In this document: positions 10,932 through 24,138 of the stretch, in pieces
Layout of the letters: every line of letters starts with the position of its first letter
Position numbering within the stretch: position 1 is the first letter of the stretch
Notes under the pieces: generated by a model
Database searches by the model: none
What the model saw: only the letters and a program-made list of their open reading frames with translations
What the model was told of the DNA's origin: nothing
Assembly (NCBI GenBank): GCA_047495785.1
Contig: JBLDXI010000001.1
Location: 1,364,001 to 1,428,000, forward strand
Reading direction: 5' to 3'
DNA length: 64,000 bases
DNA from: Lepidodermella squamata
Lineage: Eukaryota > Animalia > Gastrotricha
Made by a program: the position numbers and the translations under genes

Positions 10932-12564
10932 GTATTACGTAGGCCTTGGTTCGGGACTGACTCGGAAAAATCAACGTCCTGGTCGTAAATTAATCCGTTA
11001 TTGGATAACTCTCCACCGGAAAGGGACCAGGGACGGATGGACGATAGTTAACTGATTCCAGCCAAATAAACACACAGCTTTTTTGCTGTCTTGCAGCCTG
11101 AAAAAATCAACGGCATGTGACGTTATCCCAAACAGGACGCCGTCCATGCCATTGTTATGTATCCCGCCAGAAATTTCTAGAGTCTCTTTTTGTGACCGAC
11201 GTCCATTTTATAGGCAATCTGTGTTTTATTGCTCCGACCTGGCTTCCACGGCCCATGTCACTTTTATGACTTTGGATAGTTGGCTGGTCAACTTATGGTT
11301 AAAACACTTTATGGCAAACTACTTTTGGACGGCCGTCTTCGGCATCAGTGTCGTCCCTTTATCGCTTTATTGAATTAGCTTCGCGCCAGCATTTTCCATC
11401 CATTCTGTGTCTACCTATCAGCATGCTGCTGTCCTAAAAGTCTCAACGGTCCGAGAATAGCGAGCTACAGTTCATCGAGGGGCTATAAAGATTATCCGCT
11501 ATCTTTATAAAAAAAATGAAATTCTTCTAAGCTAAGAGCTAAGAGAGCCCTTGGTCGGGTCGTGGCTCAGCACCAAATGACGGCGCTATCTGCTTTGGTT
11601 GACAGTGGTCAGCCTTCAAATGAACAGTTTTTTTCGTAAAAATCTCGCAATTTTCAATTTAAAAATTTAAATTTAATTTCATTAATTTAAAATTAATTTA
11701 AAATTTAAAAATTACAACTTTTCCAGTGTGTGCGATGTCTACAAGAATTTAAATGTCGAACGCCTGAGCTTTAGAGAAAAATTTCAAATTAAAATTTGCT
11801 TTTACTCGAATTCATTTTGATGACTGATCCAAAAAAATCCAAAGAAAAACGAAAGAGACCAAAACAGTCAAATAATTCGATTTATCTCGTTGCGCAACAA
11901 TCGAAAAGTTTGGCTATTATGGTGCCTTTTATTTTAGTGCCATTTGTTTTGGAATACTCCCTATTGATCCCTATTGATTCGTGAAAATTAATCAATTAGT
12001 TCCGAAATGGATATCCGAAAATTCAAAATCAGTTCTGAATCGAAATTTTCAACTTAATAGTTCTAAATGGCCAGCTGAAAGCTGAATTTTCCGATATTTT
12101 AAAACCTCTTCCCTTTACCCGGAAGCCTTTAATGATGGGTTTTGACTAATTCCTCATTAATCGGAGACGCAAAAGCTGTTCTGTCATCGATTATTTTCCC
12201 TATCCTTCGCGATAACCATATCTTTATTATATTTTTTTTAGAATTTTGAGTTAGAAGCATAAAATTGTTAAACTTGATGAATATTTGCATAAACTACTTT
12301 AGTTTAAAATACCATGAATTCGGGAATTTTTCAGAATTTACTGCGGAAAGACAATCATTTATACGTTAAGGTAGATATGCGATGAGTCAGTTACATAAAA
12401 TATTTCCAGAAAACAAACATGCGCAATGGTTATCACGGTAAATTTACCGAAGGTAGGCAAACAAACCGTTTTTCGGTACCTAAGCAATGCGTGACAGGTG
12501 CGTACACGCTCGCATCATAGCCATTTTACCCGTAAAATTTCAGTTCTTCCATCGAATAAAAGAC

Positions 12565-13909
12565 ATGATAATTTTATTACTTCTTAGCGTTGTTTTCGAG
12601 GTAGTGTCAGCTTTTCATGGCCAACCTCTCTTGTACACAAGTTCGATCTGCGGGCCTATCTACGGCCTACCGCAGGCTGGGTTCGCTATTTACGGCAAAA
12701 GCGACCAGGACAACATAATCAAATCGATGGAGCCAGACTGCGGCCGTTCTGAATGCGTTGCTTTCAGCTGCTTCGGCAATTTTGTCCTTAACGGGCCTTC
12801 AGTCGTGAAATGCGACAGCGTCACCCGAAAATGGTCCACCTTCCCCTACTGCGACGTGCCTATGGAAGATTTCTGCTACGACAAAAGCCCGAGTGACGAT
12901 CCGAGTTACAAATGCTGGAAGAAACGCCAGCGTTGGCGCTACCAGGCATCGTCTGGGCGATGCGTTCAAATTCAAACTTGCCTCAGATCACCAGCCCTAG
13001 GCGGTACGACGATGAATTTGTTTCTAACACAGGAGCAATGCCGTGATACTTGCAGTGCCGAGGCTATTAGAAGGCGAACAGGAACGACGCCGCGGCCGGT
13101 TTTCAAAACCTCGAGATTGGCGCCGATTGTTGACAATCACGACTTTGACGGCACGGGTAACGCTACAACGCAAGGTTATACGGCCGATCAGTATCCTATG
13201 GATTACTACGAGGTCGGGGACGATTTTTTCACTACCCCTCAACCTGGAGCGACTACAACAATGAGGGTGAGTAATCATTTTAATTGATAAAAATTAAATA
13301 AAAAATTCATTTAATTCCAGGGCGCGCTCGATATGAAGAACGAGGTTCTAACAGCTCATAACAAATGGCGAAGGACAGTTTCGCCCAGAGCTCATAGACC
13401 CTTAGTCGACCTGCAATGGGACGACGATCTCGCCGCTGATGCTCAAAGGTAAGATCAATTTTTTTTTCAATTTTTTTCAATTTTATTTCCTATTTTTTCA
13501 GTTATGCCGCTGCTTGTCCAGAAGTTGAGCAACCTATTGCATCGCGATCGGTGGCTAAATACCCGTCAATCGGGCAAAACATGGCCTACTCGTTGTGGGA
13601 AGACCAAACCTGGACGAATGTTACCGATTTTTGGGCCGATGAGCGGAACAACTGGAAATACGGCGTCGGCGCCGTCGAAGTTTTCTACGACGTCGAACAT
13701 TACACGCAAATTATTGCCGCCGCAAGTCAATTTGTTGGGTAATTTTCGAAAAGAAAATAACGCGAAATTTTTTTATTTCAATTTATTTTAGATGCGCGAA
13801 GGTAAAGTGCACATCTCCACCCGCGAAATGGCTCTACACTTGGGTTTGCAACTACGCCCCGGCTGGAGGGCCAGATTCTCAAGCTTTCCCATACGCTGCT
13901 GGAGTTTAA
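12565..13909 (+). CDS. Secreted Sushi-like-Kunitz-like-CAP protein
   Basis: Signal MIILLLLSVVFEVVSA; ICGP...DCGRSECVAFSC...VKCD...WSTFPYC; RWRYQASSGRCVQIQTC; CAP exons AHNKWR, GQNMA, EHYTQII, WVCNYAP. Confidence 0.9.
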
Positions 13910-14100
13910 TTTTCATTTTTGTACCTAAAATTTACTGAAACTTGAAGACGAAAAATAGTGCGAGTAAAGACCTCTTTCCTATCTCAGGTGTTTGTTCTTG
14001 GTAAATGAAATTTGTGTTATCTAGTTCAGAGGCGGACAAATTGCGCGGTAGGTACCATATTATGAAAGGCCGTCCATTTCCGCAAAAAAATAACCGTGAG

Positions 14101-15309
14101 ATGAAGGCGTTGCTTATTTTTAGTTCCATTTTCATTTCAACCGCCGCTGAGCCTATCATTTACAATAGTTCGATTTGCGGCCCTGTTTTCCAGCCTCCAG
14201 ACACTAGTTACGTGATCTACGGCAGTGATGCTGGGCGGGATGAAGCGATTCGAGCTTTGAGACCAGCCTGCGCTACGAATGAGTGCGTTAAATTTCAATG
14301 CAATTGGAATTTAACGCTATACGGGCCTAGTATTGTCGTATGCGACCCATATCGTGAAAAATGGACAAATTTCCCGTATTGCGACACGCCAGATCACGTT
14401 GATTCCGTCGATATTTGCCGCGATTCACATCGCTACGACGATCCTGAGTTGCAGTGTTCGAAAAAAGAGAAACGATGGCGCTATGATTCATCAATTCGGA
14501 AATGCGTCGCTGTTCACACCTGTCTTCGATCGCCCCCACTTGGCGGCACGGCGACTAACATTTTTCCGACGAAAAAATGGTGTTGTAAGGCGTGTTGTAA
14601 CAAATCGAGACGGCCTCGAGTTCAGCAACTAACAACAGCGATGAGACAGAATATTACGACTATTCAACCTCCCTTATGGTCGCTATTAGCCATAACAACA
14701 AAGAATAACTGCTCATCAGAGACGAACTCTAGTTTATCCGATTCAAAGGGCGAAATTATCGAAATTCACAACCAATATCGAGCGTCTGCTATGCCGTGTC
14801 CGCTGAAGAAATTACGAGACTTGGCGTGGGATAACGATCTAGCAGAAGCAGCTTCAAGGTTCGGATTCATTTTCCCAAATAATTTACTAATTTGAATTTC
14901 GTACAGTTATGCAGCCCTTTGTCCGGAACTGGAGCAAAGTTTGAACGAGCGTTCGACGCGAAAATGGCTTTCTTATGGTCAAAATATTGCCTTCTCAATG
15001 GCGGACAATCTTTCCTGGCAAAATGTGACTGACTTCTGGGGGAATGAGCGCTACAACTGGAAGTACGGCATCGGTCCTGTGAAGAATTATTTCATCGTCA
15101 ATCATTACGCTCAAATGGTGACATCAGCGACACGTTTTATCGGGTATTTAATGTTCCGCCTTAATAATATTTCGTATGAATTTTCGAGTTTTTTCAGGTG
15201 CGCCAAGGTCAAGTGCGCACTTCCGCGAGCCAAGTGGCGCTACACCTGGGTATGCAATTATGCCCCGACAGGCGGTACAGATTTTGTGGCGAGGCCTTAC
15301 GAAACCTAG
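14101..15309 (+). CDS. Secreted Sushi-like-Kunitz-like-CAP protein, close paralogue of 12565-13909
   Basis: Signal MKALLIFSSIFISTAA; same domain order; CAP HNQYR, GQNIA, NHYAQMV, WVCNYAP. Confidence 0.9.
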
Positions 15310-15657
15310 CAACATAAACTCGGCGCCCTATAATGCAAAGTTTATAAAAACAATTAGAAAAAATAACAACAATCGGGGGTCGGTAACACGGCGGAAGAAA
15401 ATATAATACCGCACTTCCCATTTTTATGACAAGAAATGTTGTGATGTGAATGAAACAAGCGCGGAAGCAGGAGGTGTGTTGTCAAGTTTCTGTAAACAGT
15501 TTCCCGCGCGGGTTTTTACCGCACCGCCGCGCAAATATTTACCGCGCGCACGGGTATAATAAAACAACAAACGTGCGCTGTTAAGGCGGCTCGCTCCCAT
15601 ACCCGACGCCTCACCTTAAATTAATTCATCAATTTAAAAACCACAACAATTTCCGAG

Positions 15658-17462
15658 ATGTTTCTCGAGCTTTTCGGACTTGTAGTAGCTCTGGTTCCAG
15701 TTTGGAGCCAGACCCAACTTGTATTGAAAAGCAACGCCTGTGGGCCGGCTTTTGCGATACCATACGCCGGCTACCTGGTTTACGGCCAGAGTTACGGCCA
15801 GGATAGGCTAATCAACGCCTTGGACCCTGAATGTGCAAATCGCGGCCTTGAATGCATTGTTTTCCAGTGCATTGGCTCGCAACGAGTGCTGAGCGGCTCT
15901 CCAGTGGTGAAATGCGACAGGGTGACTAAAAAATGGTCGCCATTCCCGGTTTGCGAACCGTTCCGCGACTTTTGCCACGACGATGCCGCAAAGGAGGAAC
16001 GGCAATGTTGGCACAAAAAGCAACGCTGGCGCTACAACCCGAAAACCGACGGTTGCTACCAGGTCGAAACCTGCGCCCGGTCGCCTGAGCTCGGCGGTAA
16101 TGCCGTCAATATTTTCCTAACCGAGGAGCTGTGCAATCTTCAATGCAACTCGACCATCATCGGCCAACGCGCTATTGACCGGCAGAATTCGCCAATGTTC
16201 AAAATTCCGGCGACTAACGTTTTCATCCCGACGACTACAACCTTGCGAACCCCGCCCCCGCAATGGGTGTCTAAATTCGGTGGTGGTGTCACCCATGACT
16301 CGAATACTTTTGTCATCGAAGCAGCGGGCTCAACGACTTTTGGCGGCGTTGCGGCCCCTTCCCGGCCTGTTTCACCTGCTCCAAGAGCAAGCGTAACCGC
16401 GTTCCAGGATTTCCAGCAATATCTGAAGGCTCTAAAGGCGAAGGTGTCTTCAACAACAAAAATCGTAACAGCTACAACTGAATTAACGACACCCTCGACT
16501 ACGTCGACTACAACCTCGGCAACAACAATCGCATCAACCCCAGCGACGACTACAATTTCAAGCACAACAACCGAAACTGCTACCACAACTGAGCAATTTA
16601 TCACTATTGCCCCTGTTGAGTTGATTAACAAATGGATTGAATCCATGGATTTGGGCAGTGGAGCCTTGCCATCTCTCTTCAGCACTAATTCCGATGCAAT
16701 CGAGACTAGCGGTGGTTGGAGAGGGGTAATAAAACCTAAATTTTCATAATTAGGTGTAATTTTTTCCATAATTTTCCCCAAGCCAAACTGCGTGATGGAT
16801 GTGTTGTCAAACCACACGAGTTGTCTAAAGGATTCGCCAAATTTAATCAAAACAGCCGAGTTCAAAATCATCGATGTCCTAAATGCTCACAACAGGTTGC
16901 GGCGAATCGTCAACCCGCCAGCTGCTGATATGGTCGATCTCAAATGGGACGAAGATTTAGCCATCACCGCTGAACGGTGCGATCATTATTTGATCAAATT
17001 TGATCAATAATTAATTTTCATATCTAATAGGCATGCTGCGCAATGTTCGGGCGTTCATGATACCGAGTTGGCCCGGGCGTTGCCGAAATGGCCAAGTGTC
17101 GGGCAAAACGTGTTTTTCACATGGCCAGATGAGTTCAATTGGACGCAGGTTGTTAACAGTTGGGGCAAAGAACGGCTTCACTTTCAGTACGGCATCGGCA
17201 GCACTAGTCCTGAGCATACGATATCTCATTACGCTCAAATCATCTGGTCCGGAACAACGCACGTCGGGTAAGGATAGGGCTTGAAATTCTGGAGCAACTT
17301 GCCAATTTTTTGCTTGATTAAAGATGTGGAAAAGCGAAATGCAGAGCTCCGCCGGCCAAGTACGAATGGTTCTGGACATGTAATTATGCACCTGCTGCTC
17401 CTGTTCAAGGCACGGAAGAGGGCAAAGACCCGCTAGCTCGGCCCTACCGAGTTTTGCCATAA
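15658..17462 (+). CDS. Secreted Sushi-like-Kunitz-like-mucin-CAP protein
   Basis: Signal; ACGP...VKCD..WSPFPVC; RWRYNPKTDGCYQVETC; Thr stalk; SGGWRG|PNC; HNRLR, GQNVF, SHYAQIIW, WTCNYAP; ends ARPYRVLP*. Confidence 0.9.
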
Positions 17463-17577
17463 TTTTTATAAAATATTCTAAAATAATTGCTGTGGCTTCT
17501 GAAGCTATTTTTTCGGGGTATTATCTTCTTCGAATTGAATTAAAATAAAAAAGATGAGTGGTTGTTATTGGAATTTT

Positions 17578-18447
17578 TTATTGTGGTGCAATTTCGACTA
17601 TTCGAGGTGTTGTAGTTCTCCGACGCCGAATAGCGCCGAATTTGGGGGTAGTACGTGTTCGGCGCCGCGGCTGGAAAACAGTCGTTGTTTCAACCGTTGT
17701 CTCATCCTTAAGATCTTCCTCAGATTCAGAAGGAACCCCAGGAGCAGCTCCTCCAGAATCGACGTAATCACCATTGTCAGGCGGCGCTTCGGTCCGGCTT
17801 GTCGTAGACCGCCTCCTTAACGTTGTGCCAGATCTAGTACTGGAACCGCTTGGGGTGGATCTAGGGGCAGTTGCCAAACTTCTCGGAGACGTTCGAGGGC
17901 TAGTCGATCGATTCGGCGTTGTAGCCGTACTTGGAGAAGCTCTCCTCGTCGTACCAGCTGTAGTAGTAGTAGATTCCGTAGTAGTAGCATCTGATGACAG
18001 AGTTGTCGTAGCTGAAGTTGTTGTTGTTGTAGTAGTCGTGGTTGTGGTTGTAGTGGTCGTAGTAGTTGGCTTTGTAGTCGTCGTTGTTGTCGTTGTCGTT
18101 GTTGTTATAAGGGCGCAGTAAGGAACCGAAGTCCATTTACCACTTGGCAGGCACGTGACCACAGGCGGGCCGATCAACTGCGTACCATTGATGCAGCTCA
18201 CAACCATCATGTCCCCTGGACTGCTTTGCCAGGGTTCTGAATCCGAGCTACTAACATCACTGGCATTTAGCCAACTAGTCGTAACTGTTGAGTTTCCTAT
18301 ATCCGGCGCTGAGCCGCAGGTGATAGAGGAGAAAATGCGGCGAATATCGGTTATTGAAACCGAATCGGATAAAGATTTATACGCTTGAGAATGAACCGCC
18401 GCCGGCACGGCAACAGTGACTAGCAGCAAAACTTCAGCTAGTCGCAT
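17578..18447 (-). CDS. Secreted Sushi + Thr/Arg-rich mucin-like protein, no CAP domain
   Basis: Single 289-aa ORF: signal, CGSAP...SCINGTQLIGPPVVTCLPSGKWTSVPYC, poly-Thr, Arg-rich tail. Convergent with the 15658 gene. Confidence 0.8.
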   Translation of the reverse strand: MRLAEVLLLVTVAVPAAVHSQAYKSLSDSVSITDIRRIFSSITCGSAPDIGNSTVTTSWLNASDVSSSDSEPWQSSPGDMMVVSCINGTQLIGPPVVTCLPSGKWTSVPYCALITTTTTTTTTTTKPTTTTTTTTTTTTTTTTTSATTTLSSDATTTESTTTTAGTTRRASPSTATTPNRSTSPRTSPRSLATAPRSTPSGSSTRSGTTLRRRSTTSRTEAPPDNGDYVDSGGAAPGVPSESEEDLKDETTVETTTVFQPRRRTRTTPKFGAIRRRRTTTPRIVEIAPQ

Positions 18448-18647
18448 GAGAAGTTCGTTTTATCAAGCGCATTAACACTGCTCGCGTGGAAACAATAACA
18501 ACGAATAGCAGCAAATTGTTGGGTAAAAGCAGCAACACTGCTGCTGGGTGCTTTTGTTCTGCTTTTTGTTCATTATTGCACTGAAACCCACACCTTTCTA
18601 CTATAAATAAGTATTTTATTTAAAATTCTTTTGGCTTGATTGCAGAA

Positions 18648-21116
18648 CTAAATGCTTCGCCAATTATTATGGCCGGCAGCTATGTAGGGTTGACTGATAC
18701 TGGGCATACCGCGAGATCCATCGTTCGAGCCAGGGCCGTAGTTACAGACAAAAACATAAGTGAAGTAATCGGTGATACACCTGGCTTTGCCACAACTACG
18801 AATTCGATGAAAAAATCGTTAAACAATTAGTTGATGCAAAAATTATTACCCCAGTGCGACGGTATCTAAGGAAAAAAAAGAGATTTTAAAAGGTTATAAT
18901 TATTGGTAAATTTTATTACCTTGCCACACAATTTGCGTGTAACGTGACACACTTGCGCCAGCTTTTATTGAACCCAACCCATATCTCCAGTTTTTAGACT
19001 CCTTACCCCAGCTATAATGATAATTAGTATATAATCTTCGGTAGATATAGCCTTTTACCTATTTACGCAACTCGCCCAAGACATGTTTTCCGCTTTCGAC
19101 CAACAAATTGATTGGCCAACCTGTAAGAAAATATCAGTTTATGAGGATTCCTTATCGCTAATACCGAACCTGAATCACGCCGTAGTTATTGCTAAGCATG
19201 GTTCGAGTTTTCGGGTCGGAATACCCCGTCGGGCAAGTTGCTGCATACCTTTCTGCCGTCACCGCTAGGTCGTCGTCCCAAACAAGGTCGTGAAGGTTTT
19301 CAGCAGGCGGCGATACGTTTCTACGCCACCAATTGTGAGCAAGTAACGGTTCTTCTATCTCAAAAACGATTGTCTCAGCTAATTGAGGCGAATCTGCTAA
19401 ACAGCTAGCGTGGTTCTTGTCAACTCCGGGCAGACATTGAGGCTGTATTAAAAAGAAAAAATTGAATAAAAATTACAGAAAGATAATCTTTTAGGGGGAC
19501 CAAATTATCCAGTAGCAGAACCAAATTTCAAAATTTGGCACCTAACGTAAACTATTATAAAATGCCATTTTTCGATAATTTCAAATTTCATCAATTATTG
19601 ATCACGGCGTTCTCAAAGTCGAGATGAAGCCTTAACAATAAAATCGCGCCCATTATTTTTGGTAATTTATTGGAATTTTACCAAGTAGAAAATTCCTGAA
19701 AATTTTGGAAAGGCAGAACTCGAGCCATTGAATTATTTAAAATTATTTAGTTCTACAACAGGCTGTGTTGGTTCCGCTATAAAATTAAGACCAAAATATA
19801 ATAAAAACTATAAACTTGAACATTTAAAATTTAAAATTAATTTAAAAAACTTAAATTCAATTTTAAAATTCAAAAATCAATACCCCTCTTGAACCACCGC
19901 TGCAATTTTTCATCGGCGCCTGGGTTGTCACAGTTGTGGTCGATGTCCCGCTCAAAGTCGTAGTACCCGGGACACTTCTCAGCGGCGTTCTTCTCTCTCG
20001 CGTGTTCGATCTCGTCGTCGTTGTTGTTGTAACCGTACTAGTTGATCTCGTCGGCACGTACGGCGTTGTAGTAATCTTTCGAGAGTTCGACCCAGTCACC
20101 GGCTGTAAAGTCTTCGTAGTTGTAGGCCGCGTTGATGTCGTAGTTCGCGGCGTTGTATTCGTCGAGCCACGGCTAGTTCTTAACGCAGCTGTCGTAGTCT
20201 CATCGTCATAGTAATAATCCCCACTACCGCCGTAATAGTAAACTTCAGTTGCTTTTTGCGAATCGGTAGTAGTACCCTGATGCCGCTGCCTAGTCGTCGT
20301 TCTATGTGAGGTCGACGGGGAAGTCGCTTCACTTTCCTCTGTGAAATCTATCGAATCAGTGAACATATTACCAGTTGTTGTTGTAGTCGTAGTCCGTGTC
20401 GGAGAACCCCTGGTAGTAGACGTTACAGCCCTGGTAGTCAGTCTTGTCGGCCTCAATGTCGTAGTTTCAGGATCCGTAGTAAGTTCTTCAGGTAATTCCT
20501 CAGTTGTTGAAACAAGCAAGGTAGTGGTTGTCGGGGAAGTTCTCGCTGAAGATCTTGTGGTAGCTCTCGTTGGTCTAGTCGTAATTGATTCAGTCGTCTC
20601 TTCCGTAGTTACTGTTTCATCAGTAAAAAGTTCAGTAGTTGTTGTCAAGCGTGAAATGCCTCGGCTTGAGCTGCCCCTAGTAGGTCTTCCAGTTGTCGTA
20701 GAATCCTCGGCTAGATTGTTGCAACCTCTTGAGTTATTCGACGCTGGAACCTGAACCGACAACGGCAAAGTCTGCCATCGCCCATCGGACAGGCAAACGA
20801 CGAGGTAAAGGCTTAGAACCCTGTTTGAGTTCGACGCTTTCCTGTAAACTAGGATTCGCTGGTCAGTGCCTGTATCTAACAGGCTAGGATCTGCATCTGT
20901 GATGATGTCAGACTGAATTTTCGAGAAAGAAGTCACAAGAGTACATCCATCCATGCGAGGCGCTTCACCGCACAAAAGCTGGCCATTTTTGTTGCATCGC
21001 CGATTATTTCCGGATTGAGTCGTCGTATCCGTTCCCAACTTTGGCCTTGAAAATACAGCTAAAGGCTCGTGGAGGAGAGCCGCGAAAATTGATAAAATTA
21101 TTCGCCTCATTTTCAT
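18648..21116 (-). CDS. Secreted degenerate-Sushi-mucin-CAP protein
   Basis: Signal MKMRRIILSIFAALL; CGEAP...VCLSDGRW; long T/R/E-rich stalk; SGGSRG|about 440-nt intron|PQCLPGVDKNHASC; CAP exons HNWWR, GQSICW, SRYTQIVW, VCNYGP. Confidence 0.85.
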
Positions 21117-21771
21117 TTTTTTGTACGCAGTTCCCCCGCACCAGAGTATCTTTCGGGCATCATCATTTATCTTTCGCGCAAACTGCGATTTTGTTTGTTT
21201 AGAGTTTCTTTCGTTCTTCGAAATGATGCGCACTCGTGTCCAGTTTTGGATTATATTGTTTGTTTTTCAAGCCCCGGTGCAAGGCTGAGCGTGACACGTG
21301 TCGAGAGTTTGTTGTCAGATTCTGGATTTTTTTGCGCACCAAAAGCGTAACATTGTCTACGTCAGGCCACTGACAACATCACATAAGAGATATAATAAAA
21401 TAAAATAAAATAAATCGAAATAAAATAAAAATAAATCAATCCTATAAAAAACACAAACAGCAAACGCGACAAACAACAGCAACAACAACAACGTTTCCAA
21501 CTAGCGACATTACAGCAGAAACACGATTCACCTTTTACCCTTTTAGCTGTTTTGTCGCGAAATAAAAAAATGTCTGTTTTGTCATATTCACTGCTGTTCT
21601 GCGCAGTTGCTGTATTATCGCTCAAAATAAAAGGCAGATCACATTGGAAAATTCTTTTATTCATCTGGATTTTTTTTCAAGATTTCTGAAGAACTACAAC
21701 TCTCTCCCTTATAGGAGTAGGGTGACAAAATAATTTGGTCTATTTTCACTGGAGTTTAAGGCTTTCATACG

Positions 21772-23460
21772 TTAGCAAGCACTCCATCCCTGTAAAAAGT
21801 GAATAAGGATTAAAATTTAGGGTAGCTCAAATTATTTTACCTGGAAGGGTGTTTTTTCGAAAAGCACGCTGCACATGGAGTTCTTTTTCGGCTTGTCGAC
21901 GACCTCGACCGGTTCGACCGGGGCTACGATAGGCACGGCGTCCTGTTGCTGCTGCATACGCGGCGAGCAGAGTCTCAGGCAGCCAGTCTCGCGGTTGAAC
22001 AAATTGTTCGCCTCAAATTCGATCGACGTCTCCTCGCATACCGTGATTTCGTTGCAAGAGTCGGTCCTCGGGTTGTAACGGTACTTGACAACAGTGTTGC
22101 ATGACGAAACATCAACTCGAGCCTGGTTTCGGCATTTGCCAGACCAAGCGCCCTGGACAACAGGTGGATCGACCACTGGAGCCTGAGTTGGCATGGCATC
22201 CTGTTCTTTAGTCGTGGCGCCTCGTCTCGTGCACGCCTCAACGCAGCCGATAGTTCGGTTGAACAAATTATTCCATTCGTACTCGATAACCGTGTCGACG
22301 CATACGTAAATCGGGTCGCACGAATCCGTCCTCGGGTTGTAGCGGTACTTCAATAAACGCTCGCAATTTGACACATCAATCGGGCTTTGGTTACTGCACT
22401 TGCCAGAATCCCAATTATTGACCTCAGGAGCTGCGGTTGTAGTGGTAGTAGTAGTAGTGGTAGTCCGGCGGGTAACAGGCCTTAAACTGCCGAAAGTCAC
22501 GGCCGGCATTTCATTCACGTCTTCATCGTCGGCTCCACTAATGGAACAGAGATCGAGGCAGGTTGATTTTGCGCTGAACACGTTGTTGACCGCATTTCGG
22601 ACCGGGGTGTTAGAGCAGACCATAGTTGCCGAGCAGCGATCTGTGACCGGGTTGTAGCGGAACTTGCGAACTGCCGTGCATTCGCTCGTGTCAATACGAT
22701 CAACATTTGAACAGCCACCCTTTGGCGTGAGTCGCTGGAAGGACGGGCTTTGCACTGGGGGCCGAGCTGAAGCAGCTGTGCTTCGAACAGGTGGTTGGGT
22801 TTCCTGCGGTCTAGTTCTCACAATTCGAGGCGGCTGGGTCATTTCCTCAGTGACAGGGTCAGGAGCTTCGGTACGAGGTCTTATTCTCATAGTTCGGGGC
22901 GGCTGGGTCTGTTCCTCAGTAACCGGTTCTGGGGCGTCAGTACGAGGCCTCATTCTCCTGGTAGTCGGCTGTGTCCATTCTTCCGTCCATTCAGCAGCTT
23001 CAGTTTTAGGCCTAGACCGCCTGCTAGTTGGCTGGGTCCATTCCTCTGTCCATTCAACAGCTTCAGTTCGTGGGCGAGTTCTAATCATCGGCCGAGCTGC
23101 CGTTGTAGTAGTAGTGGTTCGGCGAGTGGTTGTGTCGTCGTCAGTCTGAATGTCCTCACCTTTATTCTGCGAACCTGCCGTGCATACCTCGATGCACGCA
23201 GCCTCTCGATTGAAAAGGTTATTCTTTTCGGAGAGAATCGGCGTTCTGTCGCAAACCAGGACGCCGAGGCACTTCCTCTTGAACGGGTCGTAACGGAATT
23301 TCTGAATGGGATTGCAGCCGCTGACATCGATCGGGTCCTGATTAGCGCATTTGCTGATAATCGGCGGTTGAAAAACGTCGTCCGTCCAGTCGCCGTCATC
23401 TTGAGCCAGCGTGGTTGTTACGCCAACCAAAATGACAACAATAACTTCAAATAATTTCAT
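21772..23460 (-). CDS. Secreted protein with four Kunitz-like domains and internal RPRTE/TEEWTQP repeats
   Basis: Signal; four copies of C.N...IDVS.C...K[FY]RY[DN]P....C-x5-C......NN[LV]F....C...C. Small last exon GWSAC* after intron 21791-21840. Confidence 0.85.
22800..23085 (-). repeat. Coding tandem repeat of about 21-23 aa: RP[RK]T[ED]A..[WV]TEE[WQM]TQP, 4-5 copies
   Basis: Visible in the translation of the 21832..23460 ORF. Confidence 0.8.
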
Positions 23461-24138
23461 GTTTTCCCCCTCCTATATTAATTGGAAATTAATTAAATTG
23501 CGAATAATTATTATTTGGCCAGTAGCTATGTTTTAGGTATAAGCTATGAATCTTTAAGCTGTGTGTAATCCTATAGTTCTTAAAATCTATTCAATTTATT
23601 AAGCCGGCAACTTGATATGGGCGGCGCGGCCTGTGTCATTAACATTTTGCTACCCCTAAGCCGTGTTTAATAGCCCCGGCTAAAAAACATGCCGCTGCTG
23701 GTTATGAGTCGACATTTAATATTACGCTTTTGTTTGTATACAGGTATGCGCGTCTCATGGCGATCGTCGTATAATTGCCAAACAATAATAAAACACACCT
23801 TTAGTTGACGTTTCGCTCTTCTCTCCTGTCATTTGGGCAGACTATCAGTTGAGGGCGTCATAAGTCGCGCAAAGGCAATTTGCTGTTTCACCCACGAATA
23901 TTAACAGAAAGCTGAAATAAATTTTTTTTCTCAAGCAAAAGCTCTCAAGTAATGAACTCATAAACGGCGCGTGCATGACATAATCACCTCGTTAGCAGGT
24001 GGTAATGACCAAGTTCACAATTTTCAGTCACTCTCGAAAATACAAAAACAAATTTTTATTTCCATGGTAATAATTGTGACTACACAATCAAGCGTTTTCG
24101 GACATAAATAAGCAAGAAAACATGGTATTTTCGCTTTT

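Noticed and set aside
10850-12450. 1.6-kb intergenic stretch with small ORFs (11083-11373, 11796-11984) as a transposon or gene
   Set aside because: No terminal repeats, transposase motifs or credible gene structure visible.
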